Shown in pieces: positions 39,160-48,428 of a DNA stretch of 64,000 nt. This DNA is from Patescibacteria group bacterium (GTDB lineage Bacteria > Patescibacteriota > Patescibacteriia > Veblenbacterales > UBA10138), in contig JBAZOT010000006.1 of assembly GCA_041648575.1 (NCBI GenBank), positions 11,893 through 75,892 of the forward strand. Direction: 5' to 3'. Position 1 is the first letter of the stretch, and every line of letters begins with the position of its first letter. Below the pieces are notes generated by a model. It ran no database searches, was not told the origin of the DNA, and saw only the letters and a list, made by a program, of their open reading frames with translations. A program made the translations under genes and the position numbers.

Positions 39160-39230
39160 AAAAGCGTAGCAGGAGTGGGGTTGTTAGGGGTAGGGGACGG
39201 CCTTCGCAATTCTAAGTCCTCTACCCCTAA
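39160..39230. repeat. ~70-bp structured repeat, copy 1
   Basis: aaaagcgt...gtgggg..gttaggggtag...ttcgcaa...ctctacccctaac; an inverted near-copy lies at 62438-62510. Confidence 0.7.
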
Positions 39231-39242
39231 CAAAAAAGAAAA

Positions 39243-39710
39243 TTATTTCTTCTTCGCAAAATTAACCAACTTCCCTCCCACTGCTTTAACCAAATCTTTG
39301 GCTTTTAAATGCAGTGACTCTTCAAAACTGCCAGCTTGTGCTACCACTTTTTGCGTTTTTAAAACTGCCTTATCTACATAAACTGGAATTTTGTGCAATG
39401 GCCCGTGCATGGCAGAAATCGCACCCGGTTTAACTTTAAATAACTTGGTCATTATATTTTCCTTATCAATCTCAACCTTCTTGGCGCCAGTTTCCTTTTT
39501 CAAAGCTTTAAAATCAACTTGGTGCGACGCTGGCAATAAAACAATTGCATGTTCTTTATCGGTCTTAACCACCAATGCTTTTACCACTTCATTTAATTTC
39601 TTTTTTAAAGTCTGCGCTAAATCATAAGCTGTATAAACGGTTTTGTGTTTAACTACGTCGTATTTAATTTTATTTTTGTTTAGGAAATTTTTGACTTTAG
39701 CTGGAATCAT
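39243..39710 (-). CDS. YbaK/ProX aminoacyl-tRNA editing domain protein
   Basis: H.TVYTA..LA...VVKALVV...LPA...VD...F.VKPGAI. Confidence 0.8.
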   Translation of the reverse strand: MIPAKVKNFLNKNKIKYDVVKHKTVYTAYDLAQTLKKKLNEVVKALVVKTDKEHAIVLLPASHQVDFKALKKETGAKKVEIDKENIMTKLFKVKPGAISAMHGPLHKIPVYVDKAVLKTQKVVAQAGSFEESLHLKAKDLVKAVGGKLVNFAKKK

Positions 39711-39833
39711 ATGATTTTGAATTAAGAATTAATACATTAAAATTTATTTTGGATTTTGATTTAAATTTTGCATTATTATCGCTTCTTTCCCCTCCTTATT
39801 TATAGCTTCATTAATAAAAATACGGTTCATAAA

Positions 39834-40886
39834 TTATTTATCAAAAAATTTAATATCTCTTGCTATCTCATCGACTATTGCTTCATATTCTTTACTACCA
39901 AACCACGAAACTCCATAGACATAACTATCTTGGAAAATATAAATTATGCCTCTGGTATAATCATAAAAATTATCCCAAGTAATCCTATATGCCTCGTGAT
40001 TATCAATAGGGCTTAGGCTCACTCTTTCCTTGACGGTTGGCATCGGCGGAACACTATCCTTTTCCTCAGCAGAAATATCTCCCTCTATTTCTTTCATTAT
40101 AAAATTATCAACCGACAAACCAATTCTATCAATTACTCCGAAATTCAAAGATGGCTGCCACAATTCGTTATCTACAAATTCTTGTTCACAAACTCTAACT
40201 GACATTAAAGCACTACCCCAACCTCCGGGACCACAATCTAAAAACTTTGTTGGGTATTTTAATTCAAACCCATATTCCTCATTCCGATAAGTTTTCCAGG
40301 TGGGGATATCGATTATTGATGTCAAACTCGGCTCAATGAATTTGAAGGTGGAGAGGATTTGATTAAAAATGTCATCATACTTTCTATCAAGTCTGAAACC
40401 AAAATATAAAGTTGCTTTATAGTCACCTTGCACGATGTAGGCTAAATACTGCTCAGAACCGGGCGCACGCGTCTGCACCACCACCTCACCATTTTTTGTA
40501 CTAACCGTTCGAAGAGTTTCGTAAGTAAACCAAACAGGAAGAGACGACGCCGACTCCTTTTGATTCTTATAATTAATGACAAAAATAGTAATGCCGCCTT
40601 CTATGGGTATTTGTAATTCTGGTTGGAGAGAAGGAGCTAAATAAACTCCGTTATTTATTAATTTCAGATACCACAGCGAGGGATACTCAAACTCAAACCC
40701 ATATTGCTCATTACGGTAGGTTTGCCAAGTGGCGGTATCAAGGGTATTATCGGTTATAATCGGCTGTTCAATAATTTGATTCTGCTTTTCCAAAAGCACA
40801 CTACAGCCCGCAGTTATAAACAAAACAAACAATATAGCAATAATTGTAATGATTGATGAATTGAGATAATGATTTTTCATATTCAT
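39834..40886 (-). CDS. lipoprotein-like surface protein with two PsbP-like modules
   Basis: ITAGC lipobox-like; WQTYRNEQYGFEFEYP...QILSTFKFIEP, then WKTYRNEEYGFELKYP. Confidence 0.75.
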   Translation of the reverse strand: MNMKNHYLNSSIITIIAILFVLFITAGCSVLLEKQNQIIEQPIITDNTLDTATWQTYRNEQYGFEFEYPSLWYLKLINNGVYLAPSLQPELQIPIEGGITIFVINYKNQKESASSLPVWFTYETLRTVSTKNGEVVVQTRAPGSEQYLAYIVQGDYKATLYFGFRLDRKYDDIFNQILSTFKFIEPSLTSIIDIPTWKTYRNEEYGFELKYPTKFLDCGPGGWGSALMSVRVCEQEFVDNELWQPSLNFGVIDRIGLSVDNFIMKEIEGDISAEEKDSVPPMPTVKERVSLSPIDNHEAYRITWDNFYDYTRGIIYIFQDSYVYGVSWFGSKEYEAIVDEIARDIKFFDK

Positions 40887-40942
40887 AGTTTTCTATTTAG
40901 GCAAGTAAGAAAGTAGTTAACGAATGCAAGCGCTCGAACCAC

Positions 40943-41266
40943 TTAATTTTTCATTTTAGATTTTGAATTTATTTTAAACGGTAATGCTTGCTGCTCACCT
41001 AACAATTTGCGCGCAACGCGCCGGCCTTTGGCTGTTAATTTTACTTCTTTAATATACCATTTATGCGTTGTCCTTTCACCAAAACCAACCATCAACTCTT
41101 TATCAATTAAACTTTCTAAACTTTTAGTTATAATACTTACAATATCATCTTTTTTAGGTCTTTTCTTTTGAACATCATAAAATCGCGTGAAACCTTTACG
41201 GCTAACCTTAGGTTGTCGGGAGTAACATGTACGCAGGATGTATTTTTGTAATGGAGAAAGTCTCAT
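40943..41266 (-). CDS. basic winged-helix-like hypothetical protein
   Basis: MRLSPLQKYIL...ITKSLESLIDKELM...VKLTAKGR. Confidence 0.65.
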   Translation of the reverse strand: MRLSPLQKYILRTCYSRQPKVSRKGFTRFYDVQKKRPKKDDIVSIITKSLESLIDKELMVGFGERTTHKWYIKEVKLTAKGRRVARKLLGEQQALPFKINSKSKMKN

Positions 41267-41483
41267 AGTTAGTTCCTAGTTCCTCGTTCCTGGCCATTAG
41301 CCAAACTTTGGCCTAGTTTATTTAACATTCTCATATTTAAAATATAAAGTATTCAGACTTGCCGCTATTACGAAGGGTTAGTGCGGCATATCCACCCACC
41401 GGCTCGCCTCGCTGCGAAGCAGGTAGGCAGATTAAATTTTGCATTATTACGGCTTCTTTAATATAAACACGTTTCATATTTTT

Positions 41484-41759
41484 TTATTCGCGCGAATTAG
41501 AAATGGTCGGAAGTAGTAATTTAACTACTAATGGGAGAGAATCGGAAAGGTGATAGTACACAGTCAAGCTTTCTTGGCGCCGATCAATGATATCAAGGTT
41601 ATGTAAAAGACTAAGGTGTTTGGAGGTAGAGGTAAACGACAGACGAATGTGGTCAGCGATACTGGCAACTGGCAACTCCTTGTGGCGAGTAAGTAGCTTA
41701 ATAATCGCCAGCCTCCGACGATTTGCTAACCCTTTTAATATTCTTTCTAATTGTTTCAT
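41484..41759 (-). CDS. ArsR family transcriptional regulator
   Basis: KGLANRRRLAII...VASIA...TSKHL..L...VYY.L. Confidence 0.85.
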   Translation of the reverse strand: MKQLERILKGLANRRRLAIIKLLTRHKELPVASIADHIRLSFTSTSKHLSLLHNLDIIDRRQESLTVYYHLSDSLPLVVKLLLPTISNSRE

Positions 41760-41780
41760 AAATACTGCTAATATTATATC

Positions 41781-41812
41781 ATACTTTCTAATTCGCGCGA
41801 ATTAGAAAGTAT
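41781..41812. promoter_or_regulatory. perfect 32-bp palindrome upstream of the ArsR gene (putative operator)
   Basis: atactttctaattcgcgcgaattagaaagtat; 18-nt partial copy at 41486-41503. Confidence 0.6.
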
Positions 41813-41919
41813 ACTTGTATAATAATAATTCTGTCACACATACACCCAACCTTTGAGCAAAATTTCTTTGCTCTTTTTATTTATAGCTTCGTTAATAAAA
41901 ATACGGTTCATAATGAATG

Positions 41920-42687
41920 TTAATTATTTTGACAATCTTCAGGACAATTAAGAGGGCCGCAGTCGGTAGTGGCTATACCGCCACCAACATTCGAGGGAAC
42001 GCATCTTTCGTAATCTTCACAAACGTCATCACCGCAAACCGCGCATTGTTCTGTTATAACACCATTGCGCTCATAGTTGCCACAACGACTATCTGAGCTA
42101 TTACTCGGCTCAATGAATTTGAAGGTGGAGAGAAAAATTTTAAATTCATCTTCAATGCCCGTATCATAACCACTAGCAAAAATAAAATATTGGTTAGTAC
42201 CTTGATTTACTTGCGCTTCCAAATAAATTCGCCCCCGATTATACTCTTCTGTACTCTTTGCAGAGGTTAAGACCACCTTAATACCACCAACTTCAATCTG
42301 TTCAGGCAACTTATATTGAACTGACTCTTCTTGGGGCCCGTTAACCATAATGGGATTAATATTAATACCGAAGAAGGTGTCGGTATTAGAAAGACCAATG
42401 GGGTGCCAAAAAATACTATCATTCTCATCAAAATCCTTTACAAAACTATTCGGATACTTCACCTTAAATCCATACTGCTCATTACGGTAAGTTTTCCAAT
42501 CCGTTGTATCAGTTGAACTAATTGGATTGAGTTGATTCCGTTGATTTAAATCTACTTGCTTTTGCAAAATCACCGCACAACCAGCAGCTATGAGCAAAAC
42601 AAAGACTATGGTTATGGTGGCAATAAAGGATGAAGTAAAGAGATATTTTCTTAGATTCATATAATTAGCGCTCTTTCTGGTTGTCAT
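41920..42687 (-). CDS. lipoprotein-like surface protein, one PsbP-like module plus Cys-rich tail (probable start ATG 42660)
   Basis: IAAGC; WKTYRNEQYGFKVKYP...LSTFKFIEP; CGDDVCE...CPEDC. Confidence 0.75.
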   Translation of the reverse strand: MTTRKSANYMNLRKYLFTSSFIATITIVFVLLIAAGCAVILQKQVDLNQRNQLNPISSTDTTDWKTYRNEQYGFKVKYPNSFVKDFDENDSIFWHPIGLSNTDTFFGININPIMVNGPQEESVQYKLPEQIEVGGIKVVLTSAKSTEEYNRGRIYLEAQVNQGTNQYFIFASGYDTGIEDEFKIFLSTFKFIEPSNSSDSRCGNYERNGVITEQCAVCGDDVCEDYERCVPSNVGGGIATTDCGPLNCPEDCQNN

Positions 42688-42749
42688 TCCGGATTTAGTC
42701 CGGAATCTAGAAATTTTTTCTAGATCTTGAAACCAGTTCAGGATGACAA
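42682..42749. repeat. REP-like element tgtcattccg...ggaatct...agatc.tgaaac.agttcaggatgaca, copy 1
   Basis: near-identical to 46881-46959. Confidence 0.75.
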
Positions 42750-42796
42750 TCCAATTATAAATTTAAATGTAAAAATCAAAATTAAAAATTAATTTT

Positions 42797-44227
42797 TCAT
42801 TTTGTTTTTTGATTTTTTAATTCTAGCCCCAATTCATCTAATTGCCCCTGAGTTACTTCTGACGGTGCACCCATTAAAGGGTCACGGACATCGCCAGTTA
42901 AGGGAAAGGCAATTACTTCGCGAATATTTTTCTCCCCTACTAAAACCGCTATCAGGCGATCCAAACCTGGAGCAACCCCCCCATGTGGCGGCACGCCGTA
43001 TCGGAACGCTTCAATTAAATGGCTGAATTGCTGTTTTTGCTCAACTGTAAAACCAATTAAATCCCAAATTTTTTCCTGAACCAGAGAATCGTGAATTCTA
43101 ATACTACCGCCACCCACCTCATAACCATTAAGCACTAAATCATGCTGATACGAATGTGCTTTTCCCGGATCAGAATCCAACAGCGGCAAATCCTCTTCTT
43201 TGGGCGCAGTAAACATATGATGCGACGGCGCCCACTGACTTTTTCCAGAACCATGAAAAAAATCTTCCTGAGTTTGTTTAGTAAACAATGGAAAATCAAC
43301 TACCCAGGTAAAAGCCAACTCGCTAGGATCGTTTTTATCTTTTCTTAAATCCGGCTTATCTGTGTCATACTTAGTCATTACTTCATCCCATTTTAACCGC
43401 GGCCACGGTGTAAAAGTAATTTTTTTATCTGGCAATAATTTTTTAACTAACGAAGTAAACATTTCTTCTGTCAGCTGTAAAATTTCCTCTTGGGTAACAA
43501 ACGACATTTCCATATCAATTTGATAAAATTCGCCTGGGGATCGGTCCGCTCGCGCATCTTCGTCTCTAAAGCACGGCGCAATTTGAAAATATCTTTCTAT
43601 ACCCGCCACCATTAATAATTGTTTGTATTGTTGGGGGCTTTGAGGTAAGGCAAAAAACTTTCCCTGATGCACTCGTGATGGTACTAAATAATCGCGCGCA
43701 CCCTCGGGTGTAGATTTAGATAACATCGGGGTTTGGATATATGTAAAACCGCGGTCGGTTAAATAATCAATTACATATTTAATTACATTGGAACGTAATT
43801 TTATATTGCATGCCATGCGCTGGTGGCGCAAATCAAGATAACGATATTTAAGCCGCAGTTCTTCTGAAGCTTGCCTTTCTTCATTATCAATTTCAAATGG
43901 TGGGGTTTCAGATTCGCTGATAATTTCAACAGATGAAGCCAATACTTCTACTTTACCACTTGGTAAATTAGGATTTTCATTGCCCTTTTTCCTAACTTGT
44001 ACTTTTCCTTTTATCGCCAAAACAAACTCGGGGCGAATTTTGGGCATAGCTTCACGACCCACATCATCCAATTCTGCTGGAGCTAACACCACTTGCATCA
44101 AGCCCGTCATATCGCGCAAATCAATAAAGGCAATTTTACCCATATTCCGTCGAGCGTTCACCCAGCCTTTAAGTAAAATCTCTTTACCCTCCTTATTTAT
44201 AGCGTCGTTAATAAAAATTCGGTTCAT
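42797..44227 (-). CDS. aspS: aspartate--tRNA ligase (short form lacking the GAD insertion)
   Basis: FIDLRD, RLKYRYLDLR, STPEGARDYLVPSR, LPQSPQQYKQLLM, CFRDEDARADR, PPHGGVAPGLDR. Confidence 0.95.
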   Translation of the reverse strand: MNRIFINDAINKEGKEILLKGWVNARRNMGKIAFIDLRDMTGLMQVVLAPAELDDVGREAMPKIRPEFVLAIKGKVQVRKKGNENPNLPSGKVEVLASSVEIISESETPPFEIDNEERQASEELRLKYRYLDLRHQRMACNIKLRSNVIKYVIDYLTDRGFTYIQTPMLSKSTPEGARDYLVPSRVHQGKFFALPQSPQQYKQLLMVAGIERYFQIAPCFRDEDARADRSPGEFYQIDMEMSFVTQEEILQLTEEMFTSLVKKLLPDKKITFTPWPRLKWDEVMTKYDTDKPDLRKDKNDPSELAFTWVVDFPLFTKQTQEDFFHGSGKSQWAPSHHMFTAPKEEDLPLLDSDPGKAHSYQHDLVLNGYEVGGGSIRIHDSLVQEKIWDLIGFTVEQKQQFSHLIEAFRYGVPPHGGVAPGLDRLIAVLVGEKNIREVIAFPLTGDVRDPLMGAPSEVTQGQLDELGLELKNQKTK

Positions 44228-44232
44228 AAATA

Positions 44233-44685
44233 TTATTTAGTTATGGAACTACTTATTCTTCTTCGTTTCCCATACCAACCTATAACAGCAGTACCTGCAA
44301 GTACACCCACGCCAACTAGACTATAAAGTATTGTATTAGACCTTGTACTTTGGGTAGGGCCATTTCCCGACGGACAATATTGTGGCCTTCCTTCACGGGG
44401 TTTACACGTGTAGTTCAAAGTAACCTCTTTATAACCCGAAGGACACTTTTGGCTATCAGTAGATTTCCACGTCCATGGTTTATCGCACTGAGTACATTCA
44501 TCTCCTTCAGAAAACCAGGCACACTCTTTTGTTAAATTATTAACAATATACTGAATTTGTGCAGTAGTACCATATGTTATCCGCGGAATAATTAACAATG
44601 ACGAAACCAGAACGGCAAAAGAAATGAATTTACATATGCGCGACTGACCCTTATTTATAGCTTCGGTAATAAAAATACGATTCAT
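44233..44685 (-). CDS. Cys-rich secreted/TM protein whose first 12 codons are a copy of the aspS start
   Basis: MNRIFITEAINK (AspS: MNRIFINDAINK), then a hydrophobic helix, a six-Cys domain and a C-terminal TM + KRRR. Confidence 0.6.
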   Translation of the reverse strand: MNRIFITEAINKGQSRICKFISFAVLVSSLLIIPRITYGTTAQIQYIVNNLTKECAWFSEGDECTQCDKPWTWKSTDSQKCPSGYKEVTLNYTCKPREGRPQYCPSGNGPTQSTRSNTILYSLVGVGVLAGTAVIGWYGKRRRISSSITK

Positions 44686-44775
44686 AAATAGTTTAATAAA
44701 GTTTAATCCAATACTTGACAACCCTATACACTATGCTACTATATTAGTATCACTATGAAAAAGACCCTGATAAGG

Positions 44776-45282
44776 TTAGTCCTTATTGGGGGCTTTTTCT
44801 ATTACTTTCCGAATTTCTAGTTTAGCACGCTGGGTGGCAAGATATACTATCGGGATATTAAGTTTACGCAGCAAAAAAGAGCATTTCATATTAGGCGATA
44901 CCAAACAACGAAATGTACCGCGCTCTTTAAGAAACTTTACCAACCCAGCATAATCCCCATCGCTTGATACTAATACTGCTTGCTCAAATCGTTTCTCATA
45001 AAAATCCGTCGTAACTTTAAGCACCAACTCAGCATCACAATTGCCTTTTACTCTGCCAGCACCATCATAAGTTACCTCTTTATACACCAAAGTATAGCCA
45101 GCTTCTTGTAAACTAGTGTACAAATCTTTATTCTGTGAAATTAATCCAATAAACAAATAAACCGTGTCTACGCCGTATTTATCATTGAGCCAGACTCTAA
45201 AACGCGCATAATCCAAACCCCAACCAAGGTCATGAACACCTTTGTGCAAATTAGCAGCGTCTATGTAAGCGTTTACTTTCAT
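44776..45282 (-). CDS. NYN (LabA/DUF88, PIN-like) domain protein
   Basis: AYIDAANL, KGNCDAELV, LVSSDGDY, CSFLLR. Confidence 0.88.
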   Translation of the reverse strand: MKVNAYIDAANLHKGVHDLGWGLDYARFRVWLNDKYGVDTVYLFIGLISQNKDLYTSLQEAGYTLVYKEVTYDGAGRVKGNCDAELVLKVTTDFYEKRFEQAVLVSSDGDYAGLVKFLKERGTFRCLVSPNMKCSFLLRKLNIPIVYLATQRAKLEIRKVIEKAPNKD

Positions 45283-45288
45283 AATTAA

Positions 45289-45369
45289 TTAACTTGCATT
45301 CACCCAGCCCTTGAGTAAAGCCTCTTTCCCTTCCTTATTTATAGCTTCGTTAATAAAAATGCGTTTCAT
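45289..45369 (-). pseudogene. aspS 5'-end stub (26-codon mini-ORF)
   Basis: MKRIFINEAINKEGKEALLKGWVNAS* versus AspS MNRIFINDAINKEGKEILLKGWVNAR. Confidence 0.85.
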
Positions 45370-45377
45370 AAATAATG

Positions 45378-46811
45378 TTAGTTAGCTGGTGACCGGACTG
45401 GCTTAAATATTGGCTCTACTAATTTTACTAGTGGCGCGTTTTGCAGTTTACAAATCCATCCTAACTCTTGTCCTTGAGGTGTACTCACAACGACACCATA
45501 AGCTGGACCTCCTGGCATATAAATGGACGAATACGATAACCCCAGCGAGTCTAGCCATACCCGAGCAGAAGCTTCAGTAGTTCCGTCTTTAAATGAAACC
45601 TGTAGCTTACCTGGCTCGTATACTTTCGTAAAGCCATCAGGTGTTGTAACGTCAAAATTGACATACCGTTTTTTCCATTCATTTATACAGGCCGATATAT
45701 CTGGAGTAGAAGAGTTAGAGCTCGTTTCATCAATAAATTGGACAATTTTACAAGCACCTACAGCACATTTAGTGGGAAAGTACTGAATACAGCTCTCCGC
45801 AGTCGGGGGCGGTAACTCCGGACATGCGACTCCTGGGGTTAGCTGTTTTTTGAGTTGCACCTGCTTGGCGCGCTCTTGATTATAAGCTGGCAGGTAACTT
45901 CGATTAATTGCATTAGTTGGACAATTATTTTGGCACACATCGTTGAGTGCGTAAACCGCCGTGCAGTCACTGTCCTGTGTACACTGATACCAGCCTGCAT
46001 TGCTGGCACTTGTAAGTGGCTCAATAAATTTGAAGGTGGAGAGGATTTGGTTATAAATTTTTTGATATTTCTCAAGTTCATTTCCTGAGGGACCACTTCC
46101 ATATGTGCTAGAAAGTTTCCCATCAATATAATTTCTTGTACCTCCGTCGAAAATGATCGAATATTGTTTCCCATTTTTTACAAAGCTGGTTTGAGTGCAT
46201 TCTTCTGACCAACAACCAATACTCAAGTCTCCCTTAAGTTTATATTGGGACGCTTGTTCTCCTGCCACTGAAAGTATTTTTTCAGCACTAGCTAGCGTTC
46301 CGTATTGCCATCCAGGATTATCTATTACAACAGATACGTTATAAAAATATTTGTTCGTAACTTTAGAGTTGGGAATGGCCACCCCAGCTGTTTCCGCGCT
46401 CTCAAACTCGGCATATATATCTCCAGAATCAGAATTGATAATTTTCCATTCAGATGGATACTTCACCTCAAACCCATACTGCTCATTGCGGTAGGTTTGC
46501 CAGATGGAAGTATCAACATCGGCATTTTCTTCCATTGGCTGCCATCCACTCCTAAAACCCCTACCACACACCTCTTCAAAAGTTTTACCCTCTGGAATAA
46601 CATCACACATAGCAATACCACATGACTTACCGGTTGCCTGCTCACACTCTTCCTGAGATAAATATGTTTGCGGTGCTATACGCACGGCGTCGGGTGACTC
46701 TTTATTTTGATACTGCTTTTCCAAAAGCACGCTACAGCCAGCGGCTATGAATAAAATAAACAACACAGCAATAACTGTGATGACTGATGAATTGAGATAA
46801 TGGTTTTTCAT
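45378..46811 (-). CDS. lipoprotein-like modular surface protein (Cys-rich + PsbP-like + Cys-rich + small alpha/beta domain)
   Basis: IAAGC; WQTYRNEQYGFEVKYP...QILSTFKFIEP; CTQDSDC; N-terminus nearly identical to 39834..40886. Confidence 0.75.
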   Translation of the reverse strand: MKNHYLNSSVITVIAVLFILFIAAGCSVLLEKQYQNKESPDAVRIAPQTYLSQEECEQATGKSCGIAMCDVIPEGKTFEEVCGRGFRSGWQPMEENADVDTSIWQTYRNEQYGFEVKYPSEWKIINSDSGDIYAEFESAETAGVAIPNSKVTNKYFYNVSVVIDNPGWQYGTLASAEKILSVAGEQASQYKLKGDLSIGCWSEECTQTSFVKNGKQYSIIFDGGTRNYIDGKLSSTYGSGPSGNELEKYQKIYNQILSTFKFIEPLTSASNAGWYQCTQDSDCTAVYALNDVCQNNCPTNAINRSYLPAYNQERAKQVQLKKQLTPGVACPELPPPTAESCIQYFPTKCAVGACKIVQFIDETSSNSSTPDISACINEWKKRYVNFDVTTPDGFTKVYEPGKLQVSFKDGTTEASARVWLDSLGLSYSSIYMPGGPAYGVVVSTPQGQELGWICKLQNAPLVKLVEPIFKPVRSPAN

Positions 46812-46880
46812 ATTGATAGTTTCCTATTTAGGCAAGTAAGAAAGTATTTTATTACTATTTGTTAAGAGTTGTCTTTTTGG

Positions 46881-47010
46881 TGTCATTCCGAATTTATTTC
46901 GGAATCTTGAAAAAATTATCTGGTTTGTTTCTAGATCCTGAAACAAGTTCAGGATGACAGTGAAACGAGATTGCTTCGTCTCCGCCGGTTGGCGGATCCT
47001 CGCAATGACA
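46881..47010. repeat. REP-like element copy 2 plus half of the gcaatgac-type REP with nested tccgccggttggcgga
   Basis: matches 42682-42749 and 22065-22103. Confidence 0.7.
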
Positions 47011-47019
47011 ATTTAATAA

Positions 47020-48309
47020 TTATGGTCTTAATCTATTTAATAATCTTGGGAAAGGGATGGTTTCACGAACATGAGCTAGTCCGCAGATCCATGCTACCAC
47101 ACGTTCCAAGCCAACACCAAAACCCGAATGCGGCACGCTGCCATATTTTCTTAAATCCAAATACCACTGAAATGGCTCTATGGGTAATTTGTGTTCTTTC
47201 ATGCGTTTTAGCAACTCATCATAATCATCTTCACGCTGGCTACCACCAATAATTTCGCCATAACCTTCGGGCGCTAATAAATCAGCGTTTAAAACGCGCG
47301 TAGGATCTTTAGGATCGCGCTTCATATAAAAAGCTTTAACTTCGCTTGGATATTTTTCCACAAAAATTGGTTTGTCGTACATTTTAGTTAAAATAGTTTC
47401 ATCATCTGCGCCTAAATCATCATTATCTTTAATATCACTCCCCTGCTCGCGTAATTTCTTAATAGCTTCAGTATGAGTAATTCTATAAAACGGCGGTTTG
47501 ATATTTTGCAAAGGTTTAAGATCACGCTCTAAAATTTCCAGCTCTTTTTTATTATCAGTCAAAACTTTGTTAACTATAAAACTGATTAAATTTTCCTGAA
47601 TAATTAAATTTTCTTCGTGCTCCACAAAAGCCGCTTCGGCATCCATCATCCAAAATTCCGTTAAATGCCTGCGAGTCTTGGATTTTTCTGCACGAAAAGT
47701 AGGACCAAAATCAAACACCCGTCCAAATGAAGCAATAGCTGCTTCTAAATAAAGCTGGCCTGATTGGGTAAGGTAAGCTGGTTCGTCAAAATAATCAATC
47801 TTGAAAAGTGTGGTAGTGCCTTCGCAAGAAGTGGGTGTTAAAATCGGCGAATCAATTTTAATAAAACCTTCACTATTTAAATGTTCATAAATTGCATTGA
47901 TAATAGTATTGCGGACGCGTTGAATTGCCCATTGTTTAGGCGACCTAAGCCACAAATGGCGATGATCCAACAAAAAATCAGGCCCGTGCTCTTTTTTACC
48001 AATAGGATATTCCCCGGCTTTTTGTACTAAAGTCAGACTTTTGGCTTGCAATTCGTATTCATCTTTTTTAGGATGTTTAGAAATTACTCCGGAAACTATG
48101 ATAGATGATTCTAAAGTTATACTTTGGGCTATTTGCCAGGATTTTTTATCTACTTCTTGCTCACTGACCACCACCTGCACCCAACCTTGGCCGTCACGCA
48201 ACTCAATAAAGTAAATTTTACCAGAGGAGCGGACATTGCTAGCCCAACCGCGTAAAGCCACTTCCTGCCCTGTAAAATCCTTTAAATTATCAGTAAAAAT
48301 ATATTTCAT
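47020..48309 (-). CDS. asnS: asparagine--tRNA ligase
   Basis: HRHLWLRS, CEGTTTLF, AYLTQSGQLYLE, FRAEKSKTRRHLTEFWM, EIIGGSQRE, WYLDLRKYGSVPHSGFGVGLER. Confidence 0.95.
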   Translation of the reverse strand: MKYIFTDNLKDFTGQEVALRGWASNVRSSGKIYFIELRDGQGWVQVVVSEQEVDKKSWQIAQSITLESSIIVSGVISKHPKKDEYELQAKSLTLVQKAGEYPIGKKEHGPDFLLDHRHLWLRSPKQWAIQRVRNTIINAIYEHLNSEGFIKIDSPILTPTSCEGTTTLFKIDYFDEPAYLTQSGQLYLEAAIASFGRVFDFGPTFRAEKSKTRRHLTEFWMMDAEAAFVEHEENLIIQENLISFIVNKVLTDNKKELEILERDLKPLQNIKPPFYRITHTEAIKKLREQGSDIKDNDDLGADDETILTKMYDKPIFVEKYPSEVKAFYMKRDPKDPTRVLNADLLAPEGYGEIIGGSQREDDYDELLKRMKEHKLPIEPFQWYLDLRKYGSVPHSGFGVGLERVVAWICGLAHVRETIPFPRLLNRLRP

Positions 48310-48428
48310 GGTGAATATAATTTACCATTTTTTAACTGTTTTGGCAAAATAAAAAAACCTTCCACTAATCAGTTAATTATAAAACTATTAGTACTAAAGT
48401 GCTAACGGTCAAACGATAAAAGTAATAG

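Noticed and set aside
42797-44227. AspRS looks truncated (476 aa)
   Set aside because: All class II motifs are present; only the GAD insertion is absent, so it is not a pseudogene.
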